NCBI GenBank assembly: GCA_021513695.1
Contig: CP084166.1
Span: 512,001-576,000 of the forward strand
Direction of reading: 5' to 3'
Length of the DNA: 64,000 nt
From: Candidatus Heimdallarchaeum aukensis
GTDB taxonomy: Archaea; Asgardarchaeota; Heimdallarchaeia; Heimdallarchaeales; Heimdallarchaeaceae
Of this stretch, positions 9,537 through 19,372 are shown piece by piece (the first letter of the stretch is position 1; each line of letters opens with the position of its first letter). A program made the translations under genes and the position numbers. The notes beneath the pieces are model-generated. The model had not been told where the DNA came from. It made no database searches and saw only the letters and a list, made by a program, of their open reading frames with translations.

Positions 9537-12500
9537 ATGAAAAAGAAAGTATTTTTTATTATTAACATTCTAGTAATTATGTTATTGTTTTCTTCTTCAA
9601 CTTTTACTTTTGCTACAAAGCAAATAGACAAAAATACAGAGATCACTATTACAAGTATTGAAGAGTTTAACTTGAAGGAGAAACAAGTAATTGTAGGAGG
9701 TTACAGAGAGTTCTGCTATGGATGGGTAGGAACTGATGGTTGGGTAAATAGCTACGTCGGATTTGAAGGAATTGGATTAGTAGTGGGAAACTTGGATTTT
9801 TCAACCATTCCACAAATTTACATCGAGAATCTAGATTGGATTTCTCTCTCTACTCATTATTCTGAAGATCCATACGAGTGGAATACTAATCTTGATATTG
9901 ACTTTAGTGAATTAAGTTTTGAAGACGCTCAAAATGCAGCAGATTTAGTAAAAGAAATAATTCAACAATTCCTAATCGTAGAACTTGAGTTTGAAGGTTC
10001 GTACAGTTATGATGAGTGGAGAGGAGAATGGGTAGAAATAATATCATTTAGATATTCAGGACATGCGGACTGGTCAAACATCAAAGAATTGTATGAAGGA
10101 AGTATTCCTAGAGAAAAAGGAGGTATAGCTGAGACAATAGATATTGCAGAAGCTAAAGAATTGAGATTTGAAGGTTGGTATAATAGCTACGAACAAGCAG
10201 TGGTGGGAAGAATCGGTTTTTCATTCGGTTTCCAAAAAACAACTTTAGTCGGTGGACATTCAATAAGTTTGAAAGAGATTTTCCATATCGCAGATTTTGA
10301 AGCTTCATCAGAAGCGAGCAACCCACTAAACATATATGTAGAGTTGCCAGATGTTGAAAATTTAGATATAAGCCCTTGGTATAATGATACCCAACTAATG
10401 ATGTACTTGGAATATCACCCAAATATAGAAGAACCTTGGATCAAAGATTCAGCTTATTCAATCATAATAGATTTAAGTTCTGGAAAATATATAAGCGATT
10501 TTATTGTTTCATTTGACTACACATTTATTCCTTGGGACTTAAGAATACTTGAAGAAGCAGAATATTACATAGATCCAAGAGGATACGATAGCCGATATAT
10601 TGGTTACCAAGGTAGTCTTGCTTCTCTCTCAACAGATGCTTTTGACGAGTCAGTTCTTGAAAACATCTTCAACATTGATTTATGGTACTATGTAAATGCT
10701 TATTCTGTTGCAGAATATGCAAATATAGTTATCGATTTAAGATATACTGGGCCAGGTCCACACAACAATGACACTATAATTAGCTATTTTGAATCAATTC
10801 TTGGTTATACCTTTACTTTTGACGAAGTTACCACAGAATATGTATGGGACTATTATCAACAGCAAGATGTAGAAATAACTAGATATACCTCACATATACA
10901 AAACTTCCCTAAAGCAGATTTTGATAACTTAGTAGCTAATAGTATAGCCTATAAACATTCATCTATGATTAACAGCTCAAATATTCTTCCTGATATTACT
11001 AGATTTCATTGGAAAATAGACTACTTATCTATTTTTGATGATTATAGACACGAAATAGGCTTTTATGATTATAGTTTAGATGAATTTGAAGAATCACCAA
11101 CAAAAGCTTATACTGAAACCAGCGTCCCAAATACATATACCATAGATCTACTAAACAAATTCGGATGGACAACCTTTCCATACTCTTCTGAATCTTCGCA
11201 AATGAAAATAAGATTTGAGTCAACAATCACTGATTTAGATTCAGTGGTTTTTGACCCAGATAAAGGAAATGGATGGGGATATGATTCCTGGTTCTGGTTT
11301 TACTCGTGGAGTAATTATCAATATATCTATTATGATTTCAACTGGTTTACTGAAACTCCATATACAACAGACGATAATGGGAACAAAGTTGATCCTCTAA
11401 CAGGATTGACTATATCATTTGATAATCAATTTGAACCAGATACAATAGATATTGAACCTCCAAACATTAATGGACTACGTTATTATCCTTACCCAGACTT
11501 TTGGGACTGGGATATTTGGAGTTATTCCTATTCTGGATTAAACTTGTTTGGGGTAGATGTTGATGACAATGGATGGTTGTATTATTACGATACAAGTGTA
11601 GGGTATATGGTTCCGAGATTTCCAGGAAGTGGAGTAGATTCTGTAGAAGGAAAATTATTTTACACTGCATTACCTACAGAATTAAGCGGTGTAACTCAAA
11701 ACGTCTCCTTTATTTGGAATACCACTGCTAATCTTTACACAACTTATGTTGATTTCTCAAGTGGAGATTTTGCAGACGGTGAATGGGGTTTTGAAGTGTA
11801 TGCTAATGATTCTTATGGAAACGAGGCATGGATGTATGAGACTATAACTGTTGATAACTATGACGATGCAGAGTATGTAAATCCTGCTTCAGTAGTCTGG
11901 ACATCTACAACTCCAGAAGATGGAGCTACAGTTACTGGTGAGATAACTATAGAAGCAGAAATAACAGATGATGTAGGTGTATTCTTGGCAGTAATTTGGG
12001 CAAACTTTGGAGGATGGTTGTTTGAAGATCCAGACGAAGACGGAATTTATTCTAAAACAATCGATACAACTTACTACGTTGATGGGCCTTTAGAAATAAT
12101 TATAGAAGTATGGGACATGGAAGGACATCATACAGTTGTTTCAAGGACTTTTACAATAGACAATGTTCCTTCTGGAAACCCACCAACAATAACGTTCATT
12201 TATCCAACTGATGGAGAAACAGTAACAGGAACAATTTTGATTCAAGCAGAAGTAATCGATGATATTGGATTAAGATCTGTTACTTTCAGTGTAGATGACA
12301 GAACACCAATGGCTATGAGTTATAACGATGAAACAGGATACTACGAAGTAAGTTATAACACAAATCAGTTAACTAATGGAATGCATACATTCTACATTAC
12401 AGCAGTAGATCAAGACGAAAACGTACATACTGTTACAGCATCGATAGAAATAGAAGTAACAGGAAGCACAGGGACAGGAGAAGGCAATCCTCCAGAATAT

Positions 12501-12947
12501 AAGCTGATAAATGTACCAGTTAATCAAACAGAAGAGGAATTAGCAACACAAATAACTGCTGCAGTAGATGAATCAAAAGCAGTTGTTGATGTGTTTGTAT
12601 GGGAAATTGAAGCAAAAGACGATTATGGTCTTAATCAAATCTCTATTTCTATAGATGACAATCTGTCTGCAATGGAAGGAGCTGATGCAGGACCAGACAC
12701 ATGGAGTACATGGACCTACGAATGGGATAGCACAGAAGTAAAAGACGGAGCTCATTATGCGGTAATAACAATTTCTGATATTGATACAAATCAACATACA
12801 GTAAAAATTGTTATTGGTTTTACAACAAATAACGGAAATGTCGGAGAAAAGAAAACATTCGGAATTGATGGTTTCACCTACTTCTGGACTATTTTAGCAA
12901 TAATACCAATTTCAGTCATTAAAATTTTAAGAAGAAGAAAGCAATAA
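9537..12947 (+). CDS. large secreted cell-surface protein with Ig-like repeats and a C-terminal membrane anchor
   Basis: Signal peptide MKKKVFFIINILVIMLLFSSSTFTFA. Repeated Ig-like units (PEDGATVTGEITIEAEITDDVGV; PTDGETVTGTILIQAEVIDDIGLRSVTFSVDD; VWEIEAKDDYGLNQISISIDD). C-terminal TM plus basic tail FTYFWTILAIIPISVIKILRRRKQ. GGGGT lies just upstream of the ATG. Confidence 0.8.
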   Translation: MKKKVFFIINILVIMLLFSSSTFTFATKQIDKNTEITITSIEEFNLKEKQVIVGGYREFCYGWVGTDGWVNSYVGFEGIGLVVGNLDFSTIPQIYIENLDWISLSTHYSEDPYEWNTNLDIDFSELSFEDAQNAADLVKEIIQQFLIVELEFEGSYSYDEWRGEWVEIISFRYSGHADWSNIKELYEGSIPREKGGIAETIDIAEAKELRFEGWYNSYEQAVVGRIGFSFGFQKTTLVGGHSISLKEIFHIADFEASSEASNPLNIYVELPDVENLDISPWYNDTQLMMYLEYHPNIEEPWIKDSAYSIIIDLSSGKYISDFIVSFDYTFIPWDLRILEEAEYYIDPRGYDSRYIGYQGSLASLSTDAFDESVLENIFNIDLWYYVNAYSVAEYANIVIDLRYTGPGPHNNDTIISYFESILGYTFTFDEVTTEYVWDYYQQQDVEITRYTSHIQNFPKADFDNLVANSIAYKHSSMINSSNILPDITRFHWKIDYLSIFDDYRHEIGFYDYSLDEFEESPTKAYTETSVPNTYTIDLLNKFGWTTFPYSSESSQMKIRFESTITDLDSVVFDPDKGNGWGYDSWFWFYSWSNYQYIYYDFNWFTETPYTTDDNGNKVDPLTGLTISFDNQFEPDTIDIEPPNINGLRYYPYPDFWDWDIWSYSYSGLNLFGVDVDDNGWLYYYDTSVGYMVPRFPGSGVDSVEGKLFYTALPTELSGVTQNVSFIWNTTANLYTTYVDFSSGDFADGEWGFEVYANDSYGNEAWMYETITVDNYDDAEYVNPASVVWTSTTPEDGATVTGEITIEAEITDDVGVFLAVIWANFGGWLFEDPDEDGIYSKTIDTTYYVDGPLEIIIEVWDMEGHHTVVSRTFTIDNVPSGNPPTITFIYPTDGETVTGTILIQAEVIDDIGLRSVTFSVDDRTPMAMSYNDETGYYEVSYNTNQLTNGMHTFYITAVDQDENVHTVTASIEIEVTGSTGTGEGNPPEYKLINVPVNQTEEELATQITAAVDESKAVVDVFVWEIEAKDDYGLNQISISIDDNLSAMEGADAGPDTWSTWTYEWDSTEVKDGAHYAVITISDIDTNQHTVKIVIGFTTNNGNVGEKKTFGIDGFTYFWTILAIIPISVIKILRRRKQ

Positions 12948-12994
12948 TTTTTTCTTTTTTTTTCTTCTTTTTTCTCTTTTTTAAAAGATCTAAC

Positions 12995-14233
12995 CTACAA
13001 AAAATCTTCTAATTTCTTTTGTTTCTTTTTCAATTCATAAATTTTGGATTTGTTCTTATAATAATCGATTGAGTATGCTAGGAATTTTGGAATATAAGAA
13101 AATGCAGAATCTAGGGTGTCTGTGCTAACTATCTGATTTTGCATTGCTTGTCTTGCTCCTTGCCTTACAACCCAGACACCCAAAGGTAATTTATAATTCT
13201 GGTCAATTTCTCTAAAGGTTATCACTTGTGCTTGTCTTCTTATTTTTCGGAGATACTCCGTAACTGCTAATCTTGTAGCATAATATCCTCCAGATACATT
13301 TTTTGCATAAGTTTTTCGACCATTGTATAGTTCATAATCTGAAATACCAATATCCTTTGCACTTGGATTTAAGTAAGCACCCTTATACCAAACTTCAATT
13401 GCTTCAAAACCCCAAAAATCAGGTATTAATATGATATAAAAACGATTTCCAAAAAAGTAACTTGTAAAAACTTGAAATTCGTTGATTGTTGGAAACTTTT
13501 TGATTTCTTCAATATGTGATTTACTCAAAGTGTCATCAACAGCAGTGATACTCCAACGAGTAGGAACAAGTTTCCTATTTTTGCCCAAACCCAACATTCC
13601 TGCAGACATCACTCTAATTAAATTAGAAACAGAAATATTTTCTTTTCCTAAAATTGTAATCGCTTCTGAAGCTTTTAAATCTGTATCGTAATAAGCTTTC
13701 TCTATAGGTTTTAATGGGGTTTGATTCTCTGTAACATCTAGTTTTCTAATAGGAGCTACAGGTCCATGAGGAGCTAAACGAGGATCAATAGTTAGTCGAG
13801 GAATAATACTCCGTTCAAGTTCAACTTCAACATTGATGGGTTTTATACCTAATAACATTTCATGACTTTTCTGAATAATTCTAGATTCAAGAGGTTTCTT
13901 TGCATCAATTTGTGCCTTAGTCCTAATCATAGATAACCTCATCATAATAATTTCTTCTTGTGTTTTATTATTCCACAAATCACTATCATCAACCACAATA
14001 GACGGTTCTTTCGACGGAGTTAAAACTGGACCAGCATTGATTTCAGGATAGTTAAACCTTCCAACAAAAAAAGCAGGAGGAGCATATGCATCTTCAATTC
14101 TATCGATCTTCTTTACTTGAATACTCATCTCATCCATCCATTTTTTCAATAATGGACAAGGAGAAATACCACACAGATTCCTTGAAGTTTTGCATATTAC
14201 ACATAGCTCAAAATCGATATCCTGCTTTTTCAT
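12995..14233 (-). CDS. nreA: NreA-like archaeal DNA-repair protein with C-terminal PIP box
   Basis: N-terminal Cys cluster CVICKTSRNLCGISPCPLLKK followed by PPAFFVGRFNYPEINAGPV, as I recall for the Nre_N/Nre_C families. About 410 aa. The last residues QKKLEDFL fit the PCNA-interacting Qxx(L/I/M)xx(F/Y)(F/L/Y) motif. Confidence 0.7.
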   Translation of the reverse strand: MKKQDIDFELCVICKTSRNLCGISPCPLLKKWMDEMSIQVKKIDRIEDAYAPPAFFVGRFNYPEINAGPVLTPSKEPSIVVDDSDLWNNKTQEEIIMMRLSMIRTKAQIDAKKPLESRIIQKSHEMLLGIKPINVEVELERSIIPRLTIDPRLAPHGPVAPIRKLDVTENQTPLKPIEKAYYDTDLKASEAITILGKENISVSNLIRVMSAGMLGLGKNRKLVPTRWSITAVDDTLSKSHIEEIKKFPTINEFQVFTSYFFGNRFYIILIPDFWGFEAIEVWYKGAYLNPSAKDIGISDYELYNGRKTYAKNVSGGYYATRLAVTEYLRKIRRQAQVITFREIDQNYKLPLGVWVVRQGARQAMQNQIVSTDTLDSAFSYIPKFLAYSIDYYKNKSKIYELKKKQKKLEDFL

Positions 14234-14378
14234 TATATTTATATCTTTTTTTCAATTTTTAAATATTAATAACATTAATTTAATCTTTTTTTTATATAAT
14301 AAACAAATTATCGAAACATATATGTTAGAATTTTTCATAAAATTAATAAATATGAAAAATAATAACATTTCGATAACA

Positions 14379-14840
14379 ATGAAAATTAATTTAATTTCTA
14401 GGAAAAAAAGCTTGATATTTGGGGTTCTATTGGTTTTAGTGATATCTCTTTCATGGGGAGTGAGAGCAGATAGCAACATGAAACTTTCAATTACCACAGC
14501 ATATTACTGTGACATTGATGGAGATGGATTTGAAGATGATATTTATGCAGAAGCAATAGTATTAGCAGATGAAGGATTCAAATTTTACTACATGGAATAC
14601 TCTTTAATTTACCCATCAGGAAATGTTTATTCTGATGATCATACATATTACACCTTTGATAGTGAAACAACTTTTGTTTTCAGATTAACAAATGCTGCTA
14701 CAGAATCAGGATGGTATACATTAGAAATAACTCTATACGTATTAACTGGTGGTGGAATAACAGTTCTTTACGATAGCTTAGAGTTCGATCCCCCTGGTGG
14801 AAGTGGAGATGAACCAATAGGTGGAGGAGTTTCTCCCTAA
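14379..14840 (+). CDS. small secreted protein with DxDxDG-type Ca-binding motif
   Basis: Start moved to the internal ATG (MKINLISRKKSLIFGVLLVLVISLSWGVRA is a signal peptide). The ORF-track start at 14190 overlaps the divergent nreA start. Motif CDIDGDGFEDD. Confidence 0.5.
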   Translation: MKINLISRKKSLIFGVLLVLVISLSWGVRADSNMKLSITTAYYCDIDGDGFEDDIYAEAIVLADEGFKFYYMEYSLIYPSGNVYSDDHTYYTFDSETTFVFRLTNAATESGWYTLEITLYVLTGGGITVLYDSLEFDPPGGSGDEPIGGGVSP

Positions 14841-14874
14841 ATCTTGCTGAAAAAATAGAAGAAAAAAGAAATTA

Positions 14875-14926
14875 AAACTCCTTAGGTTTTAATTTTTATT
14901 TCCGTCGCTCGCCCCCTAAGGAGTTT
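14875..14926 (+). terminator. perfect 12-bp stem-loop followed by a T-rich tract
   Basis: AAACTCCTTAGG (14875-14886) pairs with CCTAAGGAGTTT (14915-14926) across a 28-nt loop containing a G+C-rich patch (CCGTCGCTCGCCC). It lies about 35 nt after the stop at 14840 and is followed by CTTTCTTTTATTTCTTTC. Confidence 0.35.
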
Positions 14927-15024
14927 CTTTCTTTTATTTCTTTCTGATTTAAACTCTACTAGTTACCTATTGTAAAAAATACTTTAATATTTAGTCAGAA
15001 AGAAATAAGGGGCAAAAATAGGAG

Positions 15025-16260
15025 GTGAAAAAAATATATAGAATTCCTTTATTACAAGTAAAAATAATTCATGCATTACAAGATAACCCTTTGGCTTCTT
15101 ATGAAGAGATAGCAAAAAAGGTTAAAATTCCTCTTACCACACTATACAGGAAAATAAGATCACTAGAAGAAAAGAAGATCATTAGAAACACTCTTTCATC
15201 CAAAATAGCTGAAAAAATAGGTTTAACCCGCTATACATTTGAATTTAAGATAAAGTCACTTGAACAGTTTCAACTAATGCAGCTTGCTTTTCATGAGCAT
15301 CCTTTTACTTATCATTATAACAGATTTTACGGAAACCAATTTGGTTTTTATGCTAAATTTGACATTCCTGAAGGAGGAATAAAGTATTTTGAATTATTCT
15401 TAAAAGAATTAATAAATAGAGAAATGTGTGAAAGTTACAACCTATATGCATCTACAGGCCATTGGGTGGATATTCAAGAGCCTATACCAAACACAAAGCT
15501 AAATCCAAAAAGTTTCAACCTTGTTGAATTCTGGGGAAAAAGACAAGAGATGAAAGAAACAAATGGAGAGAAAATTGAGAAAATTGATATAAAAAAATTA
15601 CATCCTATTCAACTTTTAATACTTCGAGATATAAACAGGAATGCTAAGCAGAAACAGAAAGACCTTTTAGAACTTTACAAAAAAGCTTTAGAGAATGAAA
15701 AAGTGAATTCAGAAGAAACAAAAATCATTCCAGAGGCATACAAATCATTCATTGAAGAATTTTTTGAAGGTAGAAGTCATGAAGCAATAATGATGGACTT
15801 TAATCGTAAATATAAATTCGTTTTTGAAAATTTAGTCACTAATTTCAGAATTAACTTTTCTCGTAACTATTTTGAGATATATCCTATGCAAGCTTATGTT
15901 ATTAAAGATATAAGCTCTGAAGAAAGTTTCCAAACTTTAAACTTATTCAAAAAATATAGACCACCTTTCAGAGCAGGTATTGATATATTAAACAGAGGAT
16001 TGTTCATTGCTGTTACTCTCCCACCGTTCTATGCTTCAAGATTCTCATACTTAATATATAGTTCCTATTCTGATTTTAAATTTTATAACATGGACTTCTT
16101 TGGAGAGCATGGTGTGGCTTATCCTTTCTATGTAAATAACTTTGATCCAATAAAAAATGAATGGAAAACAGATAAAAAATGGATAGTAGATGATGTATTT
16201 TCAAGAATTGATGGAAAACTAAACAATGGTAATTATGGTGAAAACAACAATCACCATTAA
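15025..16260 (+). CDS. Lrp/AsnC-type winged-helix regulator with a large uncharacterised C-terminal domain
   Basis: N-terminus LLQVKIIHALQDNPLASYEEIAKKVKIPLTTLYRKIRSLEEKKIIRNT matches the HTH_AsnC pattern. The GTG start directly follows GGAGGTG, so the exact start is uncertain. Confidence 0.6.
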   Translation: MKKIYRIPLLQVKIIHALQDNPLASYEEIAKKVKIPLTTLYRKIRSLEEKKIIRNTLSSKIAEKIGLTRYTFEFKIKSLEQFQLMQLAFHEHPFTYHYNRFYGNQFGFYAKFDIPEGGIKYFELFLKELINREMCESYNLYASTGHWVDIQEPIPNTKLNPKSFNLVEFWGKRQEMKETNGEKIEKIDIKKLHPIQLLILRDINRNAKQKQKDLLELYKKALENEKVNSEETKIIPEAYKSFIEEFFEGRSHEAIMMDFNRKYKFVFENLVTNFRINFSRNYFEIYPMQAYVIKDISSEESFQTLNLFKKYRPPFRAGIDILNRGLFIAVTLPPFYASRFSYLIYSSYSDFKFYNMDFFGEHGVAYPFYVNNFDPIKNEWKTDKKWIVDDVFSRIDGKLNNGNYGENNNHH

Positions 16261-16399
16261 TTTTTTTATTTTGCACCAAAAGTGTATAATAATTGACTAG
16301 ATATCAACAGTAATTCTTCTTAAATACTCAATTGTTTTTTGCAATTTTTTTGTCTTCAAAAATAGAATAGTTTTTGTATTTGAAGAAAAATAATTACTT

Positions 16400-17512
16400 A
16401 TGGTATCGAGTGAGTTAGAATTATACATAAAAATAGCGCAAATAACTCTTATAACATTTATTCTTGCATACTTTATCTACAGAAGAATAAAAGATAAGAT
16501 TACTGGATTTAACTGGTTTATTTTCTTATTCATTTCAGCCTTAACTCAAGGTATTGTTGAAATGATTTTATATGGATTAACATCAAATGGTTCTATTTCA
16601 GAAAATTCTACTCTACAAGAAGTACATATCATTCCTTATGCAGTTGGGTTATTCACCTTATTCTTATATTGCGAACTAATAATGAGAGAAAGACCAAATG
16701 AGATATTATTGAGCTTTATGACTTTACTGATTGGAGCTTATTTAGCAACTTTTTCTCTAGAACTAGCTTTTAACTTAAATACAGATATCCTTCCTAAATA
16801 TCGTTTAAATAGATTAATTTTCAACATTTTCCAATTTTTTGTTCTATTGGAAGCAACACTAATGTTTGCACTGGATGCGAAGAGAGTTGAATATAAGAAA
16901 CTTAGAAGAATTTCTCTTGTTATAGCAATTGCAATAGGTACATCTGCAGTTTTTGCTTTCTTCAAAATATTGGAATACTGGGTTCTTCCTTTTTCCTTTT
17001 ATGGAGCGATACCTTATGGAATTTTATTTGGAGTTTTAGCAATTGAATTTATTGCCAATCCATTCTTTGTTTATTTGCTACCGTCAAGAATAAACAAAGT
17101 TGTAGTCATAGACGATTCTGGAGTTTTACTATTTGCTGTTAGAGTTGGAAAAGAAGAACCTGACATAATCGAAGACACATTACTTTCTGGAACACTTTCT
17201 GCTATGAAATCAGTAATAAAAGAAACAACAGGAACACAAACAGAACTTCAAAAAATAGAGTTCAGAGATAAATATATGATAGTTGCAGAGAATGAAGAAA
17301 AAACAATTTCTACGATTATTATATGCGACAGAGATTCATTTATGCTACAAACAGCAGCAAGACAATTTATCAACGCCTTTGCTAAAGAGTTTAAAGAACA
17401 TTTAGAAAAGTTTGATGGATCAATTGGTAGGTTTGGTGCTGCTACACATCTAGTGCGACGTATCTTTCCTTTTGTTCCACCTAAGGAAATAGTAGAAGTA
17501 AAAGAAAAGTAA
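16400..17512 (+). CDS. 7-TM membrane protein with C-terminal Roadblock/LC7(MglB)/longin-like domain, paralog 1
   Basis: Seven hydrophobic helices by eye. The soluble tail is KVVVIDDSGVLLFAV...DTLLSGTLSAMKSVIKETTG...LQKIEFRDKYMIVAE...ISTIIICDRD...MLQTAARQFINAFAKEF...IFPFVPP. It shares architecture and size with 19373-20479, 25404-26516 and 52633-53757. Confidence 0.6.
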   Translation: MVSSELELYIKIAQITLITFILAYFIYRRIKDKITGFNWFIFLFISALTQGIVEMILYGLTSNGSISENSTLQEVHIIPYAVGLFTLFLYCELIMRERPNEILLSFMTLLIGAYLATFSLELAFNLNTDILPKYRLNRLIFNIFQFFVLLEATLMFALDAKRVEYKKLRRISLVIAIAIGTSAVFAFFKILEYWVLPFSFYGAIPYGILFGVLAIEFIANPFFVYLLPSRINKVVVIDDSGVLLFAVRVGKEEPDIIEDTLLSGTLSAMKSVIKETTGTQTELQKIEFRDKYMIVAENEEKTISTIIICDRDSFMLQTAARQFINAFAKEFKEHLEKFDGSIGRFGAATHLVRRIFPFVPPKEIVEVKEK

Positions 17513-17651
17513 TAAGTTAGGGTTCAATTCTCTTTTTTTTAGTTTCTCTTTTATTTGAATATTAATCAAAAAGTTGGAAGAAAAAAATAAATAGTTGTTT
17601 AAGAAGCTAGAGAATTAGCAAAACTTAATCATTAAAAAATTGTAGATAAAA

Positions 17652-18545
17652 ATGGAGATTGAAGAAAAAGATAAAGTAAAACATGCTAATAAGGATAAAG
17701 AGAATACGATATACGGAGATTTTAGATCTTTAGGTTTCCTATTTCTTTTTACAGTCTTAACGGCAACAATTCTTTCTCTCGTTGATTTTTCTGTCTTAAG
17801 TAATGCAAAATGGCTTTTATCCTTATTGTTTGTTGCAGATCTAATTTTGTTAATATTTATACTACTTGTTCATAGGAATTTTATAACTATAACAGGTTTC
17901 ATAATTACAGAACAATTAAAAGAGATGTTTATTCCAAAGAAAAGAAACAAAGAAAGATTTCTAAAAAAGATTAACAAGTGGAACAGAAAACAAAAATCAT
18001 ATATAAAAGATGCAAAAGAACTTAAAGAATTGATTCCAAAGCTTATTGGATTAACTCTAATTTATTATTTGCTTATTTTCACTATCTTGTTTGATCCCTC
18101 AGCACTAACAGGTTATGGAGCATATTTCACTGTTATGTATTGGGCTTTTATTCTCTTATATGCCTTTGTTTTTCTCTTCATTATGAGATTATTTAATAAA
18201 CATCCCTTAATTTCTGGAGGAATATTTTGGGGTCTAAATGGACTATCTGTTTTTGGTTTAAAAGTACTTAATCCTATTCCTTTGTCTTTATTACTTTATA
18301 TAGCTGGTAAGAAATCATCTGAAATGAATGATGCAATCATTAGCATTATGCAAAAAACATTAATTGCTAAATTTATTTTTGCAGTTTTAAATGTTGTTAG
18401 TGTAATTGGTATAATTGTTTATTCTTTTAGAAACGCAATGAACTTTAACTTTAGTCCAGACTTAATTGTTTTTAAAGAACAATCTGCAGAAGACAACAAG
18501 AAAGAATTTCGTGGAACTGATAACCAAATTAACAAAGAAGAATAG
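17652..18545 (+). CDS. polytopic membrane protein, function unknown
   Basis: 297 aa with multiple long hydrophobic segments and a Lys-rich loop (KKRNKERFLKKINKWNRKQK). Confidence 0.55.
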   Translation: MEIEEKDKVKHANKDKENTIYGDFRSLGFLFLFTVLTATILSLVDFSVLSNAKWLLSLLFVADLILLIFILLVHRNFITITGFIITEQLKEMFIPKKRNKERFLKKINKWNRKQKSYIKDAKELKELIPKLIGLTLIYYLLIFTILFDPSALTGYGAYFTVMYWAFILLYAFVFLFIMRLFNKHPLISGGIFWGLNGLSVFGLKVLNPIPLSLLLYIAGKKSSEMNDAIISIMQKTLIAKFIFAVLNVVSVIGIIVYSFRNAMNFNFSPDLIVFKEQSAEDNKKEFRGTDNQINKEE

Positions 18546-18557
18546 ATATTCGCTAGA

Positions 18558-19320
18558 GGTAGTGTCTAGTTTTCTTCCGACAAAAATATTTGTGGGGACT
18601 CTAATAGTAAGATATGAAAACACAAAAACTATCTACTCTTTTTAAGAGATGCAGAGTCCCCAAAAAGATAATAATAAAAGCGATTTATGAATATATTGGT
18701 TCAAAGAATGGTTTGAGGACAGTAGCATGGAAGAATGGTTTAACGCATCAAACATTATGGTATTGGGTAAAGAAGTTCAGGCTCTTTAGGGAAAGTTTAC
18801 ATAGAGTTGTAGCAGAAAGAGGGGGAATACCAGAGATTATAGTAGTTGATGAAACAGAGATTAAGACCTCTCAAGGCTCAATATATCTGTGGTTCGCGTT
18901 AGATCCTTACAACAAGACTTTACTGGGTTTTAGTATTACTAAAGGACGGAGTAATCTTGAATGTTTACTAACTTTCCGTTATTGGTTCAAATGTTGGGGT
19001 TTTAAGCCCCGTATTGTCGTTACAGATGCAGGGGTATGGTATCCTGTCTTACTTCGTCTCGGTATCAAAATCTCTGTTATCAAAGGTGGTTTACGCTCCT
19101 ATATTGAACGTTTTAATGCCACCCTTAAGAGTTATCATTGGTTTCATTCTATTCTTCACTGTACTTGTCCTATCCGTGCCGTCTATGGCTCTACTCATCT
19201 TTCTGGTTTCCTTACTCTCTTTATGCTCCATTTTAATTTCGTTCGTCCTCATCAGAGCTTGGGACATCCTCCCCTTAGTTCTTTTTTACCTAGGAGGTGG
19301 TATAAAAACTAGACACTACC
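18558..19320 (+). mobile_element. IS6-family-like insertion sequence, intact copy
   Basis: 763 bp. Terminal inverted repeats are GGTAGTGTCTAGTTTT (18558-) and AAAACTAGACACTACC (-19320). Direct repeat of flanking DNA ATTCGCTAGA at 18548-18557 and 19321-19330. Single transposase ORF. Confidence 0.85.
18614..19312 (+). CDS. IS6-type DDE transposase
   Basis: 232 aa with an N-terminal HTH-like region. D-D-E candidates: VVDETEIK, IVVTDAGVWY, SYIERFNATLK. Confidence 0.85.
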   Translation: MKTQKLSTLFKRCRVPKKIIIKAIYEYIGSKNGLRTVAWKNGLTHQTLWYWVKKFRLFRESLHRVVAERGGIPEIIVVDETEIKTSQGSIYLWFALDPYNKTLLGFSITKGRSNLECLLTFRYWFKCWGFKPRIVVTDAGVWYPVLLRLGIKISVIKGGLRSYIERFNATLKSYHWFHSILHCTCPIRAVYGSTHLSGFLTLFMLHFNFVRPHQSLGHPPLSSFLPRRWYKN

Positions 19321-19372
19321 ATTCGCTAGAACTATCAAAGTTTTTAAATAAGTACTTCTTCCTTTTTCTAAT

